64,000 nucleotides of DNA, taken from the NCBI RefSeq assembly GCF_020745735.1, contig NW_026867842.1:1-64000 (forward strand), given 5' to 3'. Made by a program: the position numbers and the translations under genes. This DNA is from Hemiscyllium ocellatum (Eukaryota). Below, piece after piece: positions 60,001 through 64,000 of the stretch; the stretch's first letter is position 1; each line of letters opens with the position of its first letter. Under the pieces are notes generated by a model. It was not told the origin of the DNA, did no database searches, and saw only the letters and a list, made by a program, of their open reading frames with translations.

Positions 60001-63000
60001 GGAGGTCATGCCTGGCAAATGTGTTAGAATTCTTTGAGGAGGCAATGAGCCAGTCAGGCAAAGGAGAGTCCGAGGAAGTAATGTATTTTGATTTCCAGAA
60101 GGTATTTGACATAAGATAAGCGCCCACGGTGTTAGGGGCAATGTACTGGCATGGACTGAGAACGGACAGGTTGGCATAAAGCAGAGAGTGAGGAAAGATG
60201 GCAGCTGGTGACTGGTAGAGTTCTGCAGGTGTCAATGTTGGGACAATAACTATTCACGTTATACATTAACAATCTGGATGAAGGAAGTGAAGACATTGTT
60301 GCTAAGTTTGCAGACAACATGAGATAGGTGGAGGGACAGGAGGGGCGGCACGGTGGCACAGTGGTTAGCAGTGCTGCCTCACAGCGCCAGAGACCTGGGT
60401 TCAATTCCCAACTCAGGCGACTGACTGTGAGGAGTTTGCACGTTCTCCCCGTGTCTGCGTGGGTTTCCTCCGGGTGCTCCGGTTTCCTCCCACAGTCCAA
60501 AGATGTGCGGGTCAGGTGAATTGGCCACGTAAATTGCCCGTAGTGTTAGGTAAGGGGTAAATGTAGGGGTATGGGTGGGTTTCGCTTCGGCGGTCGGTGT
60601 GGACTTGTTGGGCCGAAGGGCCTGTTTCCACACTGTAAGTAATCTAAAGTAATCTCTAATCTAAAGGTAGTGTTGAGGAAGTGGGAAGGCTGTAAAAGGT
60701 CCTAATAGGCTCTGAGAGTTGGCAAAGAAGTGGCAGATAGAACACAAGAAGAAATACAAAGACTGTTTGCTAAATGAGGAAAGCCTTTGGAAATCTAAAG
60801 CACAAACCTCATTCAGGTTAACAGGCAGGTCCAGTTTGTGCTTGAGAAGGCAAATGAAATGATAGCATTCATTTCAATAGGGCCAGAATACAAGAGCAGA
60901 GATGTACTGCTGAGGCTGTGTAAGGCTCTGGTCAAACTGTATTTGGAATATTGTGGGCATTTTTGGGACCCATATTTTAATAGAACAATGTACTGGCATT
61001 GGAGGGGTTTACAAGAATGATCCTGGCAATGAAGGGCTTGTCATATCAGGCGTGCTTGAGGACTCTGGGTCTGTACTCAATGGACTTTAGAAGGATGAAG
61101 AGGGATCTTATTGAAATTTACAGAATACTGACAGGCCTGGATAGAGTGGATGCAGAGAAGATGTTTCCAAAAACAGGAGAGACTCGGTAACCAAGGCACA
61201 GCCTCAGAATGAAGGGCCGACTCTTTAGAGTTGAGATAAGGGTGAATCTCTTCAGCCAGAGGGTGGTGAATCTGTTGAACTTATTGCTACAGAGGGCAGT
61301 GGAGGCCAAGTCACTGAGTGTATTTAAGACAGGGATAGATAGGTTTGTGATTGTTAAGGGGATGGAAAATTCCTGTGGAGTAGGCAGGAGAATGGGGTGA
61401 GAAGCATATCTGCCAAGATCAAATTGCAGAGCAGATTCAATGGGCTGAATGGCTGATTTCTGCTCCTATTTCTTAAAGTCTTCTGGAGAGTTTCCCAAAA
61501 CCCTGGAACACTGAACCTACTGGACTGTGAGCCCTGCTGTAGCTGTTTATCAACAGATAACCAAAGAGTGGAGAGAGTGTGCATTTAGGTGGGAACTTCA
61601 GAATGCTTCCCAGCTCCTGGAATACCATGAGTGCAGGAAGTGTGGTCAGTGACAGCAGTTGGAGCTCCAGGTTCTGGAGCTTGAGCAGCAGCTGGTGTCA
61701 GTGGAGAGCATCTGTGAGGCTGAGAGCTCCGTGGAGAGCACGTTTCTAGATGTGGTCACTCTGCAGCTTCAGAGTATGCAGGGAGAGAGGGAATGGGGGA
61801 GCAGCAGACAGTCCAAAAGGACCAGGCAGCTAGTACAGGAATCCCTGAGTGCCTCCCACTCTCCAACTAGGATTCAGTTCAGAATCCTGATGAGAATGAT
61901 GGTTCATCTGGGGAGTGCAGCCAGAGCCAAGTCCCTGGCACCACAATTGGGGGGGGGGGGGGGAGCTCAGCTATACAGGAGGGCAGAAGGAAAACTGGAA
62001 GAGCGATAGTGAGAGGATATTTGAGAGTGAGGGCATCGATAGGTGTTTCTGCAGCTGCAGATGGGAATCCAGGATGGTGTGTTGTCTCTCTGATGCCAAG
62101 GTCAAGGATGTCACTGAGCGGCTGCAGAGCACCCTGAGGGGAGAGGGGGAACAGCCAGCAGTCATAGTCCACATTGGTCCCAGTGATGGATGGAGAAAAA
62201 GGAACGTGGTCCTGCAGTCAGAAGGTTGGGAGCTCTGGAGGGAATTAGCAGCAGGAACTGAAAAGGAGGAATCTCCGGATGACTCCCAGTGCTACATGCA
62301 GGTGAGAATAGAATCAGGAGGTGAGCACAGGTGACTGTGGGGCTGGAAAGAGGATCCATGAGGGAGGTCTTTGGATTTTTGTGAGGTGGTTTACTCATGC
62401 AGTTAGAGAGGGTTTAAACTAACTTGGCAGGGCTGTGCGAACCAGGAGAGAATGTCAAAGAGGAACACAAAGGAACACAGAATCCTCAGTTCAGTCAATA
62501 AGTCACCTCCCAGTGGGAAGGATGTGGAAGAATACAAATGCATGAATTTACAGAGACCTGCAAATATGATAGAGTTGTTATAAATGGGCGGGGCGGTCTT
62601 TAGCTTCTGAATATAGACTGGGATAGTAGCAGTGTAATGGGCAGGAAGGGCCCAGAGTTGTGAGAGTGTGTTCAGGTGAATTTTCAGGTGGCATCGGTGG
62701 CTCAGTGGTGGCTCAGGTGGGGCAGCACGGTGGCTCAGTGGGTAGCACTGCAGCCTCTCAGAGCTAGGGTCACAGGTTCGATTCCAGCCTTGGGTAACTG
62801 TCTGTGTGGAGTTTGCACATTCTCCCTGTGTCTGCGTGGGTTTCCTCCGGGTGTTCTGGTTTACTCCCATGGTCCAAAGATGTTCAGGTTCAGGTGAATT
62901 GGCCATGCTAAATTGCCCACAGTGTTAGATGCATTACTGAGAGGGAAATGGGTCTGGGTGGGTTACTCTTCGGAGGATCGGTGAGGACTTTTTGGGCAGA

Positions 63001-64000
63001 AGGGCCTGTTTCGACCCCGTAGAGGCTCTAATCTAATCATTGGCAGTGAAGAAGGCTGTCTAAGAATACAATGGAATCTTGATCAACTGGGCCAGTGGGC
63101 TGAGGAATGGCAGATGGAGTTTAATTCAGATACATGTGAGTGCTATATTTTGGTAAGACACAAGACATGGGTGAGATCCCAAACAAATATTTCAGGTCAG
63201 TATATATTGTGGAGAAAGCTAGGGAATTTGGAAAAATAGTGATGTCTTGAAAAGAGACCACACACAAATGAGGAGACGCTCAAGATCTGAAAACACATAA
63301 AAGTAGTAGATAAACCCTAGGACCTGATCAGGTGTATCCCAGAACATTGTGGCAAACTAGGGAAGAGATTGCTGGGCCCCTTACTGAGATATGTGTATCA
63401 CTGACAACTATGGGTAAGGTGCTGGAGAACCAGAGAGGTTGGCTAATGTTATGCCATTATTTAAGAAAGAAAGACTGTAAGGAAAAGCCAGGGAATTATA
63501 GACCAGTGAGCCTGATGTCAGTGTTGGGTAAGATGTTGGAGTGGATTCTGTGGGATAGGATTTACATTCTTTGGATAATCAATGTGGTTTTATGCATAGG
63601 AAATCATGTCTCCTGAATTTGATTGAGGAGGTGACAAAGAAGATTTATGGAGATAGAACAATAGACATTGTCAATATGGACTTCAGTAAAGTTTTTGACA
63701 AGGTTCCACATGATAGACTGGTTAGTAAGGTTAGACCACATGGGATCCAGGGGGAGTGAGCCATTGGGATAAAAAAATTGGATTGAAGATAGGAGACAGG
63801 AGTGGTGGTAAAAGGTTGCTTTTCAGACTGGAGATCTGTGAATAGCTGTGTGCCACTAACATTGGTGCTGGATTCACTATTTTATAGAAATGATTTGGAT
63901 GTGAATATAGGAGTTACAGTAAGTTTGTAGATGATATCTAAATTGGTACGATAGTGGATAGCGAAGAAATTCATCTCAGAGTACAGCGGGACCTTCATCA

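Larger units (their letters stand above)
46951..64000 (-). repeat. Right arm of the large inverted segmental duplication (runs off the window end)
   Basis: Reverse complement of 10192-27527 with scattered substitutions and indels. Confidence 0.97.

Noticed and set aside
1-64000. Intact autonomous retrotransposon, RAG-like transposon, or tRNA/rRNA genes
   Set aside because: All LINE and Penelope ORFs are broken; the only RSS pair is the V/J pair; tRNA-like stretches are SINE heads.

Overview
Cartilaginous-fish (shark) genomic DNA, dense in CR1, L2, Penelope-like and HE1/V-SINE repeats; the SINE type suggests a carpet/bamboo-type shark (inference). It contains one complete, unrearranged immunoglobulin light-chain minicluster on the + strand, most similar to shark kappa (type III/NS4): promoter, leader 7201-7249, V 7436-7740, 12-RSS, 23-RSS, J 8239-8273, an 11.9 kb intron and C 20136-20464. 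Positions 10192-27527 recur inverted at 46951-64000, including a nucleotide-identical C exon on the - strand (53759-54087). This implies a second, convergent cluster whose J and V lie about 2-3 kb beyond the window end. A 100-N scaffold gap (27528-27627) ends the left arm, so the relative orientation of the two clusters is not certain. The spacer holds an orphan CpG-island-type promoter, an older nested inverted duplication, a 5'-truncated third C relic and a strong CTCF motif. Other notable items are a PU.1-UPRE/CRE-octamer-TATA module at the V promoter, an indel-free 44-bp array, an interstitial (TTAGGG)n run and several Penelope-derived hammerhead ribozyme motifs, one of them intact. Most entries in the ORF track are transposon debris or chance ORFs. 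Repeat boundaries are approximate and percent identities were judged by eye.
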